DNA from: Armatimonadota bacterium
GTDB lineage: Bacteria; Armatimonadota; UBA5829; DTLH01
Direction of reading: 5' to 3'
Assembly (NCBI GenBank): GCA_038207085.1
Contig: JBBRAE010000002.1
Span: 1 to 64,000, forward strand
Length of the DNA: 64,000 nt
Part shown: positions 50,631 through 60,891 of the stretch, one piece after another
Layout of the letters: every line of letters begins with the position of its first letter
Position numbering within the stretch: position 1 is the first letter of the stretch
Position numbers and translations under genes: made by a program
Notes under the pieces: model-generated
Databases searched by the model: none
What the model was told of the DNA's origin: nothing
The model's input: only the letters and a program-made list of their open reading frames with translations

Positions 50631-51632
50631 ATGGACGCACTTGATAGGCAGTTGCTGAACACTATACAGACGGAGTTTCCCCTGGTTCCCAGGCCGTTCC
50701 AGGCGATCGGCGAGAGGCTTGGGGTGGGGGAGGATGAAGTTCTCTCGCGGCTCGCGGCATTGAAAGAGGCGCGCATTATTCGACAGATCAGCGCGATCTT
50801 TGACTCAAGGGCGCTCGGCTACAGAAGCTCGCTTGTGGCGTTTAGCGTGCAGGCGGACAGGGTAGAAGAAACTGCAGAGACAGTTAGCGGGCACCGGGGA
50901 GTCAGTCACAACTACGAGCGGAGCCACGCCTACAACCTCTGGTTTACTATCACCGTGCCACCGGGAACGACAGTGGAGTCGGAAGTGGAAAAGCTTGCAC
51001 GTGCGACTCGCCCTGCGTCTTATCGAATATTCCCGACGGTGCGGCTTTTCAAGATCGGGGTGGCTTTCGATATGACTGGTGAGCAGAATAGGGGTTCAAC
51101 CAACACCGCGCTTGCGCCGGATGAACCGGTGGAGCTCGATGACCAGGATATTTTGGCGGTGAGGGCGCTTCAGCGGGATCTGCCGCTCGTTTCGCGGCCG
51201 TTTGCGACGCTTGCGGAGTCCGTCGATATGGAAGAGGATGAAATCCTCGACCGGGCGCAGAAGTTCCTGCTCGAAGGGGCGATGCGCAGGTATGCGGCGG
51301 TTCTTCGCCATAGAGAAGCGGGGTTTACTGCAAACGCGATGGCCGCGTGGGTCGTCCCGAGCGAGAGAATCGACGAGATCGCGCCCAAAATGGCCGAGCA
51401 CTCGGCCGTCAGCCACTGCTACCAGCGCCCGACGTACCCCGACTGGCCGTTTTCTATCTTTACAATGATTCACGGGCGCACAAACGAGGATTGCGAACGG
51501 GTGATTGCTGAGATTTCCGATGCGACCGGAGTCTCAGACTACGTCCTGCTCTACAGCACCCGTGAGTTCAAGAAAGCCAGGGTGCAGTATTATGAGCCAG
51601 ACGAAGATCGAGTGGCAGAGCTGGAGCGCTGA
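50631..51632 (+). CDS. Siroheme decarboxylase AhbA/AhbB fusion (Lrp/AsnC-like)
   Basis: Two repeats of Q..FPLV.RPF with VSHNYER / VSHCYQRP.YPDWP..FTMIH. Confidence 0.85.
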   Translation: MDALDRQLLNTIQTEFPLVPRPFQAIGERLGVGEDEVLSRLAALKEARIIRQISAIFDSRALGYRSSLVAFSVQADRVEETAETVSGHRGVSHNYERSHAYNLWFTITVPPGTTVESEVEKLARATRPASYRIFPTVRLFKIGVAFDMTGEQNRGSTNTALAPDEPVELDDQDILAVRALQRDLPLVSRPFATLAESVDMEEDEILDRAQKFLLEGAMRRYAAVLRHREAGFTANAMAAWVVPSERIDEIAPKMAEHSAVSHCYQRPTYPDWPFSIFTMIHGRTNEDCERVIAEISDATGVSDYVLLYSTREFKKARVQYYEPDEDRVAELER

Positions 51633-53082
51633 ATCGCTCGAACGCGCGAACCGGGAGGAAAAGCCGGTCCTGCTCGCTATCACCGCGACCTGGTGCCACT
51701 GGTGCCATGTGATGGAGCAGACCACCTTCGGGCATGACGAGGTCGCGGCTTACGTCAACTCCCACTTCGTCCCAATTCGCGCCGACAACGACCGCAGGCC
51801 TGACCTAAACTCCCGCTACAATATGGGAGGCTGGCCGACAGTCGCCTTCCTGCTCCCCGGCGGCGAAATCCTGACCGGGGCGACCTACCTTCCCCCACGG
51901 CAATTGTTGGATATGATGGCGCTTGTCGCCGATACCTACGCCCGTGACCGCGAAGGGCTTGCGAGGCGCGCGGCGGAGTTGCTCGCCGAGCAGCAGGAGT
52001 CGGTATCTTCACCCGGCAGGGAGATCGACCAAAGCGTCTACGACGACACGCTTCGCTCTGTCGAGTCGGTGTTTGACGCGCTCCACGGAGGGTTTGGGAT
52101 CGAGCCCAAGTTCCCGCATGTGCCCGCGCTTGAGATGCTGCTTTTGGACTACCAGCGCACCGGAAACCCACGTCACCTTGAGATAGCCGCGCGCACGCTT
52201 CGGGCGATGGGCGAGGGTGGGGTGTTCGACACCGAGGAAGGCGGGTTTTTCAGATACTCGACGACCCGGGACTGGTCGGTTCCGCACTATGAAAAGATGC
52301 TCGAAGACAACTCCCTGCTCCTTGGCGTTTACATGGAGGCATATTCGATCACCCGCGATGACTTTTTCAAGCATATCGCCGACGAGATCACCCGGTACCT
52401 CGAAACCGTGCTTCTGGACCCCAAGACCGGCGCGTTTTTCGGAAGCCAGGACGCCGATGAGGAGTACTACAAGCTCGGGATGGAGGAGCGGACCAAGCGG
52501 GATGCGCCATCGGTCGACCGCGCGATCTATGCCAACTGGAACGGCATGGCAGCCGACGCCTGCCTTCGCGCCTATCAGCTGACAAACGAGCAGAACTACC
52601 TCGATCGGGCGCTTGGGGCGATTGCGTTCGTTACTGAGAATATGCGCGACGGCGGGATGTTTTTCCACTATTACGAGAGCGAGCCAGGGGGGGCGGGTAT
52701 TCTATCCGATCAGATATGGATGGGGACGGCGCTTCTTCGGGCTTTTGAGGTCACGGGCGAGCGGGAGTATCTTGAGCTCGCAAGAATCTCCGGCGACGCG
52801 ATCATCACGCGATTTTCTGACGCCGTGGGAGGGTTTTTCGACATAACCGAGGAGCGCCGAACAGTGGAGAAGCTGCCGCAGCGCGAAAAATCGATCGATG
52901 AAGCTGCCTACGCCTCCCGTTTCCTGACCAGACTTGCGGCCAAGGCCGGGCATGACCCATATCGCGACGCCGCAGATCGAGCCCTTCGCGCGTTTGCGAG
53001 GGCCTACTCAGCCTACGGCCTGCAGGCTGCGGCTTATGCGACTGCGGTTAGGGAGGGGTTGGAGGTTGGGGGATTTGGCTAG
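51592..53082 (+). CDS. DUF255 thioredoxin-domain protein (YyaL/SSP411-like)
   Basis: WCHWCHVM, RPDL, GGWP, PKFP, GGFFRYS...W.VPHYEKML, SQDAD. Confidence 0.85.
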   Translation: MSQTKIEWQSWSAESLERANREEKPVLLAITATWCHWCHVMEQTTFGHDEVAAYVNSHFVPIRADNDRRPDLNSRYNMGGWPTVAFLLPGGEILTGATYLPPRQLLDMMALVADTYARDREGLARRAAELLAEQQESVSSPGREIDQSVYDDTLRSVESVFDALHGGFGIEPKFPHVPALEMLLLDYQRTGNPRHLEIAARTLRAMGEGGVFDTEEGGFFRYSTTRDWSVPHYEKMLEDNSLLLGVYMEAYSITRDDFFKHIADEITRYLETVLLDPKTGAFFGSQDADEEYYKLGMEERTKRDAPSVDRAIYANWNGMAADACLRAYQLTNEQNYLDRALGAIAFVTENMRDGGMFFHYYESEPGGAGILSDQIWMGTALLRAFEVTGEREYLELARISGDAIITRFSDAVGGFFDITEERRTVEKLPQREKSIDEAAYASRFLTRLAAKAGHDPYRDAADRALRAFARAYSAYGLQAAAYATAVREGLEVGGFG

Positions 53083-53119
53083 CTTCTCTTTGCTGTAGCA
53101 CGTCGATGGTTTTGCCTAT

Positions 53120-53163
53120 CGCACCCTTCGAGAGCCTCAGGGTGATTGGTATTGGCTTGGGTG
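53120..53163. repeat. REP-like family C, copy 2
   Basis: 43 of 44 nt identical to 17217-17260. Confidence 0.8.
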
Positions 53164-53207
53164 GATGTGTGGGAGCGACCACCAATCCCCCCGAAGCCAA
53201 TCCCAAA

Positions 53208-53960
53208 CTACTTGATCTGGAAAAGCGCAGGCGACACGCCGGTGTTGATCTTCAGGTTCTTCATCTCGATCGAGCCCGCGCTGCCGCCGTCGGCTGAGAG
53301 GACATTGACCTTTGTCGCGACCGGCATCTTGCCCAAGGTCTTGTGAGCCGAGTAGATGCTTCGGCTGCGGAGTTTGCCGTCGCCCTTGTAGCGCTCGCGC
53401 GTGAGCACCTTCAGAGTCTTCGAGTCGAGCGCGACGATCTCGTGGCGCTGGCCGTCGTCACCCTTGGGATTCAGCCGCAGCTTGATTGTGCCGTTGGACT
53501 GCGAGAGGATCTTGACGTTGAAGTCCCTCCAAAGCGTGTCTGAAGCAAAGCCCAGGTCAAGTGTGGTCTGCTTGCGTGAGCGCTCATCCGCGAGGTCGTC
53601 GGTCTTCTTGAGCATCATCGATGGTGCGAGCACCTGCTTGATGTTGCCGTTTAGCACGTAGCTTACGTCGACCCCCTTGGCATTCCCCTGTGCGCGGAAC
53701 TTGTCGGGGCGGATGTAAAAGACCTCGGCGTCGCGGAAACCGTAGTCGAGGAACTCTAGAATCCCTTTGTTGATCTCTTTGGCCTCGGAGCGGCTTGCGG
53801 GGTGGACGAGCATCGTGCCGCGAAGGTCTCGTATCGATGAACTTGCGGTGGCGAGGCGTGCGCGCAGCCCGTCGACGTTTTCGGCATGAAGCGCCGATGC
53901 GGCGAGAGCGGCGAGCGATAAGATAAGCGCGGCGCGGCGCAGGATAGCTGATTTGGTCAT
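53208..53960 (-). CDS. Exported LolA-like / lipoprotein-sorting protein
   Basis: Signal peptide ending ALHA; RPDKFR, KINTGV...LF tail. Confidence 0.65.
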   Translation of the reverse strand: MTKSAILRRAALILSLAALAASALHAENVDGLRARLATASSSIRDLRGTMLVHPASRSEAKEINKGILEFLDYGFRDAEVFYIRPDKFRAQGNAKGVDVSYVLNGNIKQVLAPSMMLKKTDDLADERSRKQTTLDLGFASDTLWRDFNVKILSQSNGTIKLRLNPKGDDGQRHEIVALDSKTLKVLTRERYKGDGKLRSRSIYSAHKTLGKMPVATKVNVLSADGGSAGSIEMKNLKINTGVSPALFQIK

Positions 53961-54069
53961 TTTACAGGACTCCTTGTGTGTTCCATTATCCCAATACGGA
54001 CAATTTTGCAGGCGCGTTGTTTTGCCTCTATAAAGACTTAGACGCACGCGGGCGAAAAATGTTGCGGGG

Positions 54070-55932
54070 TCAGCGGCTAAGTATTCTCGAACCCGGGACG
54101 CGCTTGATCTTCTTCATGAAACTTGTCGCGTGGCTGTTCAGGACGATTACGAAGAACTGGTCAGGGATATTGAGGCCCGCGACAAGCTCGTCGCAGAGCT
54201 TCTGGTCGCCGGCTTGGGACTGAACGTGGTACCATCTGCCACGGACGACACCCAGCACGTAGAACCGGGAGTGCGCGACGTGGTTCACGTTTTTGCAGAC
54301 CAGATAGGCCTGCGTGACCTGCGGGAAACGCTCAAGCTGCAAGAGAGTGTCTTGAAGCGCGCTTGGAGCGATGTCGTGGGACAGGAAATCGTCTTTGATC
54401 GATATGCTCCGGCGCTCGCTTTCGGCAAGTTCGGCTCTCTCCTGGCAGGCCAGCAGCCGATTCTCGTAGGGCAGGGCTTCCTCGGCGCGCCCGAAGTGGC
54501 GCAGGAACTCCCGGATCATCTCGCAGCCGGGGAGTTCGGCGAGCGGGTCGATGTCCATTGCGTGCTCGACGTAGGCGATTCCCGTGTCGTCGCCGCGCAT
54601 GAGAAGTATCCTTCCGAGGTTGTAGTTGGCGCCGGGGTGGTGGGGATCGATCTCGATCACGTCGTGCATGCGGTCAGTCGCCTCCATCGCATCCCGTAGC
54701 TCATCAGTCAGGCGCGCGCGCTCCCAGGCCTCTTCGTCCTGAAGCGCTCGGTCACGGGCGATCGCGGCGAGTTCGTCCAGCCTTGCGTTTGACTTCAAAA
54801 TATACTCGTGACGCGCCTGCCAGTTTTCAAGAGAAGCGCGCTGCCAGTCGGCGTCCATATGCGCAAGGAACGGGCCGAGGCGGGAGCCCAGCATCTGCTC
54901 GGCTGCGGTCTGCCCAAGCGGCGGCGGGATAGAAAGCCCTGCACCGATGGTCGCAAGTCGCTCGACTGCGCTGTATGAGAGGTCGGTCGGGCCGGTCACT
55001 TTCGCCCGCAGCCTTTCAAGAAGCTCTTCGGCGCGCTCAAGCCCTATCCCGGAGCGCAGCGACTCGGTGATTTCGCTGAAGATCGGGGGCGGCGCGGGCT
55101 CGGAGGCGACACGGGCGAAGACATCGGGCATAATCACTTCATCGAGCAATATGTTCTTGGTGATAGTGTTTACAAGGGCGTCGGCGAAGTGCTCTGCGCC
55201 GGTGATATCCACCGACATCCGATCCGCGAGGCGCTCTTCCCACCTGTAGAATACGGTCGAGGCGGCGTCCCGGAGCGATGCGTAGGAGTTGAACCGCCTG
55301 GTAAAGAGAAACCCCCAGACTTTTTCGTTTCCGGCAAACCGGGTGATCAGATAGTTCCAGTTGTCGAGCGCGCGCCGGGTGAGCCCGTGCAGTCCTCTGT
55401 GAAGCAGGTAGAGGTGGGCGTACTCGTGTGCGAGGATCACGCGGAATTGCTCGGGGGAAAGCGCCTGCATAAGTGGGAGCCCCAGAACGATCGCGTTTGT
55501 CATGCAGCCGAACACTCCAAGCCTCGGCCTGTGCTGCAGGGTCGCCTCAAAGCTCTGCTGCAGGTAAACCTCATGGACTGTTGGGCCGGATAGCCTTTTC
55601 TGAAACTCCAAGAGGGTAGAGAAGACTTCAGGCGCGTCCGCAACCCTCAGCCGGATGCCCTCGGGCCGCCCGATGCGCACCCATGCGGCTATGATCGCTG
55701 TGCTGAGCGTCACGAGCACCGGCACAAACAGCCCGCCTGAGAGCATATCTTTGCCGGAGGTCATCACGTGGACGAGCAGGCCGACGGGGGAGAACAGCAG
55801 GCAGAGGACGGAAAAGATGTAGGCGTAGCCGAGCGCGGTCAGCCCGAGGATGCGCAGGCGAAAGCGCGTCGGGTTCTTTGCGAAATCTGTTTCCATGCGC
55901 GCAACAAGCGCCTCGAACTGTTCCTGGCCCAC
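54070..55932 (-). CDS. M48-like zinc metallopeptidase with TPR region
   Basis: N-terminal TMs, LGLPLM..LS...F..ILAHEYAH, E..AD, TPR-like helices. Confidence 0.8.
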   Translation of the reverse strand: MGQEQFEALVARMETDFAKNPTRFRLRILGLTALGYAYIFSVLCLLFSPVGLLVHVMTSGKDMLSGGLFVPVLVTLSTAIIAAWVRIGRPEGIRLRVADAPEVFSTLLEFQKRLSGPTVHEVYLQQSFEATLQHRPRLGVFGCMTNAIVLGLPLMQALSPEQFRVILAHEYAHLYLLHRGLHGLTRRALDNWNYLITRFAGNEKVWGFLFTRRFNSYASLRDAASTVFYRWEERLADRMSVDITGAEHFADALVNTITKNILLDEVIMPDVFARVASEPAPPPIFSEITESLRSGIGLERAEELLERLRAKVTGPTDLSYSAVERLATIGAGLSIPPPLGQTAAEQMLGSRLGPFLAHMDADWQRASLENWQARHEYILKSNARLDELAAIARDRALQDEEAWERARLTDELRDAMEATDRMHDVIEIDPHHPGANYNLGRILLMRGDDTGIAYVEHAMDIDPLAELPGCEMIREFLRHFGRAEEALPYENRLLACQERAELAESERRSISIKDDFLSHDIAPSALQDTLLQLERFPQVTQAYLVCKNVNHVAHSRFYVLGVVRGRWYHVQSQAGDQKLCDELVAGLNIPDQFFVIVLNSHATSFMKKIKRVPGSRILSR

Positions 55933-56016
55933 GTAGAAGACCCCTCCTGTTCCCTGTAATGCGACCTGTTAGAATTATCGGTATGGCAGGCTCGTTTCTT
56001 CATCATTATATCCGAT

Positions 56017-56046
56017 TTGACCGTGTAGGCAGGCGGGGGGTATACT
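56017..56046 (+). promoter_or_regulatory. sigma70 promoter of the menaquinone cluster
   Basis: TTGACC-N18-TATACT. Confidence 0.55.
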
Positions 56047-56104
56047 TACTTGAGGCGGCTGGTGGTTACCTGCCGCTTTAGTAATGTGTGAGACTAAGAA
56101 AATA

Positions 56105-57556
56105 ATGGCCTACAAAGACCTCAAAGACTTCATCGATAGCCTCGAACGCGCGGGCGAGCTGAAACGGATCAAAGCGCGTGTCAGCCCGGACCTTGAGATC
56201 GCCGAGGTTGCCGACCGGTTCATCAAGTCCGGCGGCCCAGCGCTTCTGTTCGAAAACCCGACCGGGTATGGTATGCCTGTGCTGATCAACGCGTTTGGCT
56301 CCGACCGGCGGATGGCGATGGCGCTTGGGGTCGACTCAATAGACGAGATCGGCGCGAGGATCCAGGAGCTGACCAAAGCCGAGGCGCCGAAGGGGCTGGT
56401 CGACAAGATCAAAATGCTTCCGCAGCTCTTTGGGCTCTCTCAGTCGTTTCCAAAGACCGTCAAGTCGGGCGCGTGCCAGGAGGTTGTGCTTCGGGGCGAG
56501 GATGCGACGCTCGACAAGTTCCCCGTGCTCAAATGTTGGCCGATGGACGGCGGAGCGTTTATCACGCTCCCCGTGGTCTTCACCAAAGACCCTGAAACCG
56601 GCGCGCGAAACGTCGGCATGTACCGGATGCACGTCTACGACGGGCAGACGACCGGCATGCACTGGCACGCGCACAAGGTCGGCGCGCGCCACTACGCGGG
56701 TTATGAGCGCTTGAATCGTCGCATGGAGGTCGCGGTCGCGCTTGGCGGCGACCCGGCGATCACCTATTCTGCAACCGCGCCGCTTCCTGAAGACTTTGAT
56801 GAGATGATATTTGCGGGGTTTATCCGAAAGAAGCCGGTTGAGATGGTCAAGTGCGTTTCGGTGGACCTTGAGGTTCCCGCCGACTCGGAGATCGTCCTGG
56901 AGGGATACGTCGACCCGCACGAGCGAAGAGTAGAAGGGCCGTTTGGCGACCACACCGGCTACTACAGCCTCGCGGACCAGTATCCGGTGTTTCATATTAC
57001 GGCTATCACCCACAAAAAAACGCCCGTTTTCCCAGCGACGATCGTCGGCAAGCCTCCGATGGAGGACTGTTGGATGGCAAAGGCGACCGAGCGCATATTC
57101 CTGCCGCTTATCAAGACTCAGCTGCCAGAGCTGGTCGACATGAATCTGCCGATCGAAGGGGTTTTTCATAATCTCGCGATTGTCTCGATCAAAAAGCGCT
57201 TCCCGGGGCACGCGCGAAAAGTGATGCACGCGATCTGGGGACTCGGACAGATGATGTTCACCAAGATCATTATCGTCGTGGACGAAGACGTCGACGTTCA
57301 GAACATGCACGACGTGATCTGGCGGCTCGGAAACAACATCGACCCCTTGCGCGACACGACTTTTGTCGAAGGGCCGGTCGACGTGCTGAACCACGCCTCG
57401 CCGGTGCAGAACTTCGGGAGCAAAATGGGGATAGACGCTACAAAGAAGCTTCCCGAGGAGGGTTTCACCCGCGAGTGGCCGCCGGAGATCGTTATGTCGG
57501 ACGAGGTGAAGGCCAGAATCGACAGTATTTGGAGCGAAATCAACGGCAATGACTGA
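56105..57556 (+). CDS. ubiD: Menaquinone biosynthesis UbiD-family decarboxylase (MqnL-like)
   Basis: GPALLFEN, RNVGMYR, EGPFGDHTGYY, GSKMGIDAT.K. Confidence 0.92.
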   Translation: MAYKDLKDFIDSLERAGELKRIKARVSPDLEIAEVADRFIKSGGPALLFENPTGYGMPVLINAFGSDRRMAMALGVDSIDEIGARIQELTKAEAPKGLVDKIKMLPQLFGLSQSFPKTVKSGACQEVVLRGEDATLDKFPVLKCWPMDGGAFITLPVVFTKDPETGARNVGMYRMHVYDGQTTGMHWHAHKVGARHYAGYERLNRRMEVAVALGGDPAITYSATAPLPEDFDEMIFAGFIRKKPVEMVKCVSVDLEVPADSEIVLEGYVDPHERRVEGPFGDHTGYYSLADQYPVFHITAITHKKTPVFPATIVGKPPMEDCWMAKATERIFLPLIKTQLPELVDMNLPIEGVFHNLAIVSIKKRFPGHARKVMHAIWGLGQMMFTKIIIVVDEDVDVQNMHDVIWRLGNNIDPLRDTTFVEGPVDVLNHASPVQNFGSKMGIDATKKLPEEGFTREWPPEIVMSDEVKARIDSIWSEINGND

Positions 57557-58121
57557 ACGGCGACTCTTTGTGGCGATAACCGGGGCAAGCGGAGCGATTT
57601 ATGCCAGGCGCTTGATCGAGGCTGCCGCGCCTGAGTTTGATCGCATCTACGTTTCTGCCTCTCAGGCGGCGGTCCCGATTGTCCGGGAGGAGCTTGGCGT
57701 GGCCGGGCTTGCAGAGATATTGCCCGAGCGCGGCACATTTGAAATATTTGACTCAAAAGATCTCTACGCGCCGCCATCGAGCGGGTCGCACGAGCTTGAC
57801 GCGATGGTCGTCATCCCGTGTTCAATGGGGACGCTTGGGCGCATCGCTTCGGGGATATCGAGTGATCTGATCACCCGCGCCGCCGACGTTTGCCTGAAAG
57901 AGCGGCGAAAGCTGGTGCTGGTAGTTCGCGAGACGCCGCTTTCGCTCGTTCACATCGAGAATATGGCTGCTGTGACTCGCGCGGGGGCGGTCCTGCTTCC
58001 GGCGTGCCCGGCGTTTTACTCGGGGCCGAAGACCGTGCTTGATATGGTAGACTTCGTAGTCGACCGGGTGCTTCGACAGATCGGTGCGCGAGTGAGGCTG
58101 ATCGAGGGCTGGAAAGAGTGA
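57549..58121 (+). CDS. ubiX: Flavin prenyltransferase
   Basis: ITGASGAIY, SSGS, PCSMGT, RAADV.LKERR.L.LV.RETP, PAFY. Confidence 0.95.
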   Translation: MTERRLFVAITGASGAIYARRLIEAAAPEFDRIYVSASQAAVPIVREELGVAGLAEILPERGTFEIFDSKDLYAPPSSGSHELDAMVVIPCSMGTLGRIASGISSDLITRAADVCLKERRKLVLVVRETPLSLVHIENMAAVTRAGAVLLPACPAFYSGPKTVLDMVDFVVDRVLRQIGARVRLIEGWKE

Positions 58122-58318
58122 ACCACGAAGGGCACGAAGAAACACGAAATATACGAAATGAAGAAGAGCGCCGGATGAAGGATATGCGTGACGCCGTAGC
58201 AGATGGTTGTCGCGAAATGGCGGACGTATGGCTGGAGATCGAGAAAGAGTTCGAGGCCGCCGATGCGGAAGTCTTTCAGAAGTATGTAGATGGCGAGCAA
58301 GATGCGTTTGACCAATAA
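58118..58318 (+). CDS. Small ORF: 9-mer repeat start plus antitoxin-like acidic helix (possible remnant)
   Basis: (ACACGAAAT-like)x4, then DAVADGCREMADVWLEIEKEFEAADAE. Confidence 0.35.
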   Translation: MNHEGHEETRNIRNEEERRMKDMRDAVADGCREMADVWLEIEKEFEAADAEVFQKYVDGEQDAFDQ

Positions 58319-59159
58319 GCTTCGAATCATCCTTGAGATGATCAAGTTCGAGCACACGATCTTTGCGATGCCGTTTGCGCTCACGTCTGCCGTGGTAGGA
58401 GCCGGTGGTTTTCCCGCCTGGCGGGTGCTTTTCTGGATCGTTGTCGCGATGATCGGCGCACGAAGCGCCGCTATGGCGTTTAACCGTATCGCCGATGCGG
58501 GGATCGACTCGAAGAACCCTCGCACGTGCGACCGTGCGATTCCCAAGGGGCTCGTCTCGACCGCCGATGCCTGGGTCTTTACGATCGTCTCAGCTGGGGT
58601 CTTCGTGCTTGCGGCTGGGATGCTGAACCCGCTCGCGCTGGCGCTTTCGCCGCTCGCGCTTGTGGTGGTGCTTGGCTATTCGCTCACCAAGCGATTCACC
58701 TCGATGAGCCACCTCGTGCTCGGGCTTGCGCTCGGTATCGCGCCGGTCGGGGCGTGGATCGCGGTGTGCGGGAGTTTTGCGCCTGCGCCAATCGTGCTTT
58801 CGGCGGCGGTCATGCTCTGGACGGCGGGCTTTGATATTATCTATTCGCTTCAGGACGTGGATTTTGACAGCAAGATGGGGCTTTTCTCACTCCCCCGCAG
58901 GCTCGGCTCGGCCCGGGCGCTGCTGGTGTCGCGCCTGATGCACGTCGTAGTAGTAGGCTTTTTGATTTTGTTTGGTAGATTGACTGGGCTTGGCGCTATG
59001 TATTACTCGGGAATCGGCGTAATTGCCGCGTGCCTTGTCTACGAGCACACTTTGGTGTCTGCGAAGGATCTTTCGCGGGTGAACGTCGCGTTTTTTACGA
59101 TGAACGGGTGCGTGAGCCTTGGTCTGTTTGTCTTTACATTGATAGATTTGTTTGTGTGA
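58290..59159 (+). CDS. mqnP: UbiA-family prenyltransferase (MqnP-like)
   Basis: IKFEHTIFA.PF, RSAAMAFNR..D..ID..NPRT..R, GFDIIY..QD, FF..NG. Confidence 0.88.
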   Translation: MASKMRLTNKLRIILEMIKFEHTIFAMPFALTSAVVGAGGFPAWRVLFWIVVAMIGARSAAMAFNRIADAGIDSKNPRTCDRAIPKGLVSTADAWVFTIVSAGVFVLAAGMLNPLALALSPLALVVVLGYSLTKRFTSMSHLVLGLALGIAPVGAWIAVCGSFAPAPIVLSAAVMLWTAGFDIIYSLQDVDFDSKMGLFSLPRRLGSARALLVSRLMHVVVVGFLILFGRLTGLGAMYYSGIGVIAACLVYEHTLVSAKDLSRVNVAFFTMNGCVSLGLFVFTLIDLFV

Positions 59160-59238
59160 GGCGGGTCATGGACCCGCAAAGAGGGGACCGGGATTTCAAA
59201 TTCCGGTCCATCTGCTTGTGACCATCGGAGGATATACT

Positions 59239-59781
59239 TTGAGTCCTAACGAGAAAAATCAGACGGTGCTTGAGATTGAGGCGGCGATAGCCGCAGGTGG
59301 GCCGATTGCGGCGGGCCAGGTTCGGCGGTGGATGAAGGATCGCGATATGGAGGCCCAGGGGGCGGTCGCGAACTTGATCACTTACCCGCCCGGAAGCGAC
59401 AAGATCGATCCGCCGCTTGATGAGGACGATTTCGAGCGGTTCCTGCCCAACTACTACGAGCTGTGTCTGCGGCTCGACCCCGAAGGCGAGTGGGTCGACA
59501 GCCGCTACGGGGTCGCCTGGCATATCGTCGACTGGTTCCTTGCGGTTCCCAGAAACGACGATGTGAGCGAGTATCAGTTCGTAGCGTTTCTGCGGGACTG
59601 GCTCGTCGAGGTTTACCAGAACGGCAAGGAAGAGACTCGGACCGCGATCGTCGAGAGTGTGCTCGCTCGGCTCTTTGAAGAGGAGCGCTGGCGCGTGTTT
59701 TTCGTGGGCTGGCAGGAAGATGAGGAGCTTGCGGAGGCTTATCGGGCTGCCGTGGCGGTGGCGGAAGAGAGCCGAAGTTGA
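59239..59781 (+). CDS. Hypothetical alpha-helical protein
   Basis: TTG start after GGAGG; codon usage like neighbours. Confidence 0.6.
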   Translation: MSPNEKNQTVLEIEAAIAAGGPIAAGQVRRWMKDRDMEAQGAVANLITYPPGSDKIDPPLDEDDFERFLPNYYELCLRLDPEGEWVDSRYGVAWHIVDWFLAVPRNDDVSEYQFVAFLRDWLVEVYQNGKEETRTAIVESVLARLFEEERWRVFFVGWQEDEELAEAYRAAVAVAEESRS

Positions 59782-59793
59782 TCGGGTGTTGGA

Positions 59794-60891
59794 ATGGATG
59801 AAGTGCTGAAAAAGTCGGATATTGCGGACATTATCGAAAAGGTTGAAGCTGGCGAGCGGCTTTCGTTTGAGGACGGGGTGCGGCTCTATAAGTCAAACGA
59901 CATTACGGCTATCGGCTGGGCGGCGGACCTGGTGCGGCGCAGGCTGAACGGAAACAAGACGTTCTACATCGTCAACCGGCACATCAACCACACCGATGTC
60001 TGCAAGAACCGCTGCAAATTTTGCGCGTATTCGCGGAGTGAAGGCGAAGAGGGGGCGTACACGATGACGGTCCCGGAGATCGTCGCGCGCGCGGAGGAGC
60101 TGTACTCGGAGCTCAAATATACCGAACTGCATCTCGTTGGTGGCCTGCACCCCTCGGAGCCGTTTAGTTACTACACGGGGATGCTTTCGGCGCTCAAGAC
60201 TCGATTTCCCGAGGTGCATTTGCAGGCGTTTACAGCAGTTGAGATCAAGCATATCTCGGAGATCGGTGGGATCGGGGTCGAAGAGTGCCTTCTGCGGCTT
60301 AAGGATGCCGGGCTTGGGTCGCTTCCCGGAGGCGGCGCGGAGATATTTAACCCCGAAGTGCGCGAGCAGATCTGCCCTGAAAAGATGCCCGGCGATGAAT
60401 GGCTGGCGATCACCAAGATCGCGCACGGCCTGGGGCTTAGATCAAACGCGACTATGCTCTACGGTCACGTGGAGAGCGACGAGGACCGCATCGACCACAT
60501 GATCCTTCTGCGCGAGCTTCAGGACGAGACCGGCGGGTTTATGAGTTTTATCCCACTTAGGTTTCACCCCGGAAACACCGAGCTTCAGAGCCTCGCGCGT
60601 CCCAGATCGGCAATGGACGACCTGAAGGCGATCGCCATCGGCCGGCTCATGCTCGACAATTTCCAGCACATCAAGGCCTTTTGGATAATGTTCGGCGTGA
60701 AACTCGCCCAAGTAGCCCTCTCATTTGGCGCGGACGACTTTGATGGAACGGTCGTAGAAGAGAAAATCACGCACAGGGCAGGGGCAGAAACTCCCGAAAG
60801 TATGACCGTAGAGGATATCCGTCGGCTGATTGAAGAAACAGGAACTGTTGCGGTCGAGCGCGATACGCTTTATAGAGAGATTTGCCGATGA
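59794..60891 (+). CDS. mqnE: Aminofutalosine synthase (radical SAM)
   Basis: CKNRCKFC, ELHLVGGLHP, SLPGGGAEIF, ATMLYGH, HIKAFWIM, DGTVVEE.I. Confidence 0.9.
   Translation: MDEVLKKSDIADIIEKVEAGERLSFEDGVRLYKSNDITAIGWAADLVRRRLNGNKTFYIVNRHINHTDVCKNRCKFCAYSRSEGEEGAYTMTVPEIVARAEELYSELKYTELHLVGGLHPSEPFSYYTGMLSALKTRFPEVHLQAFTAVEIKHISEIGGIGVEECLLRLKDAGLGSLPGGGAEIFNPEVREQICPEKMPGDEWLAITKIAHGLGLRSNATMLYGHVESDEDRIDHMILLRELQDETGGFMSFIPLRFHPGNTELQSLARPRSAMDDLKAIAIGRLMLDNFQHIKAFWIMFGVKLAQVALSFGADDFDGTVVEEKITHRAGAETPESMTVEDIRRLIEETGTVAVERDTLYREICR

Noticed and set aside
50631..51632. Lrp/AsnC transcription regulator
   Set aside because: The duplicated FPLV.RPF and SH.Y.R motifs are typical of AhbA/B (NirDL) siroheme decarboxylase
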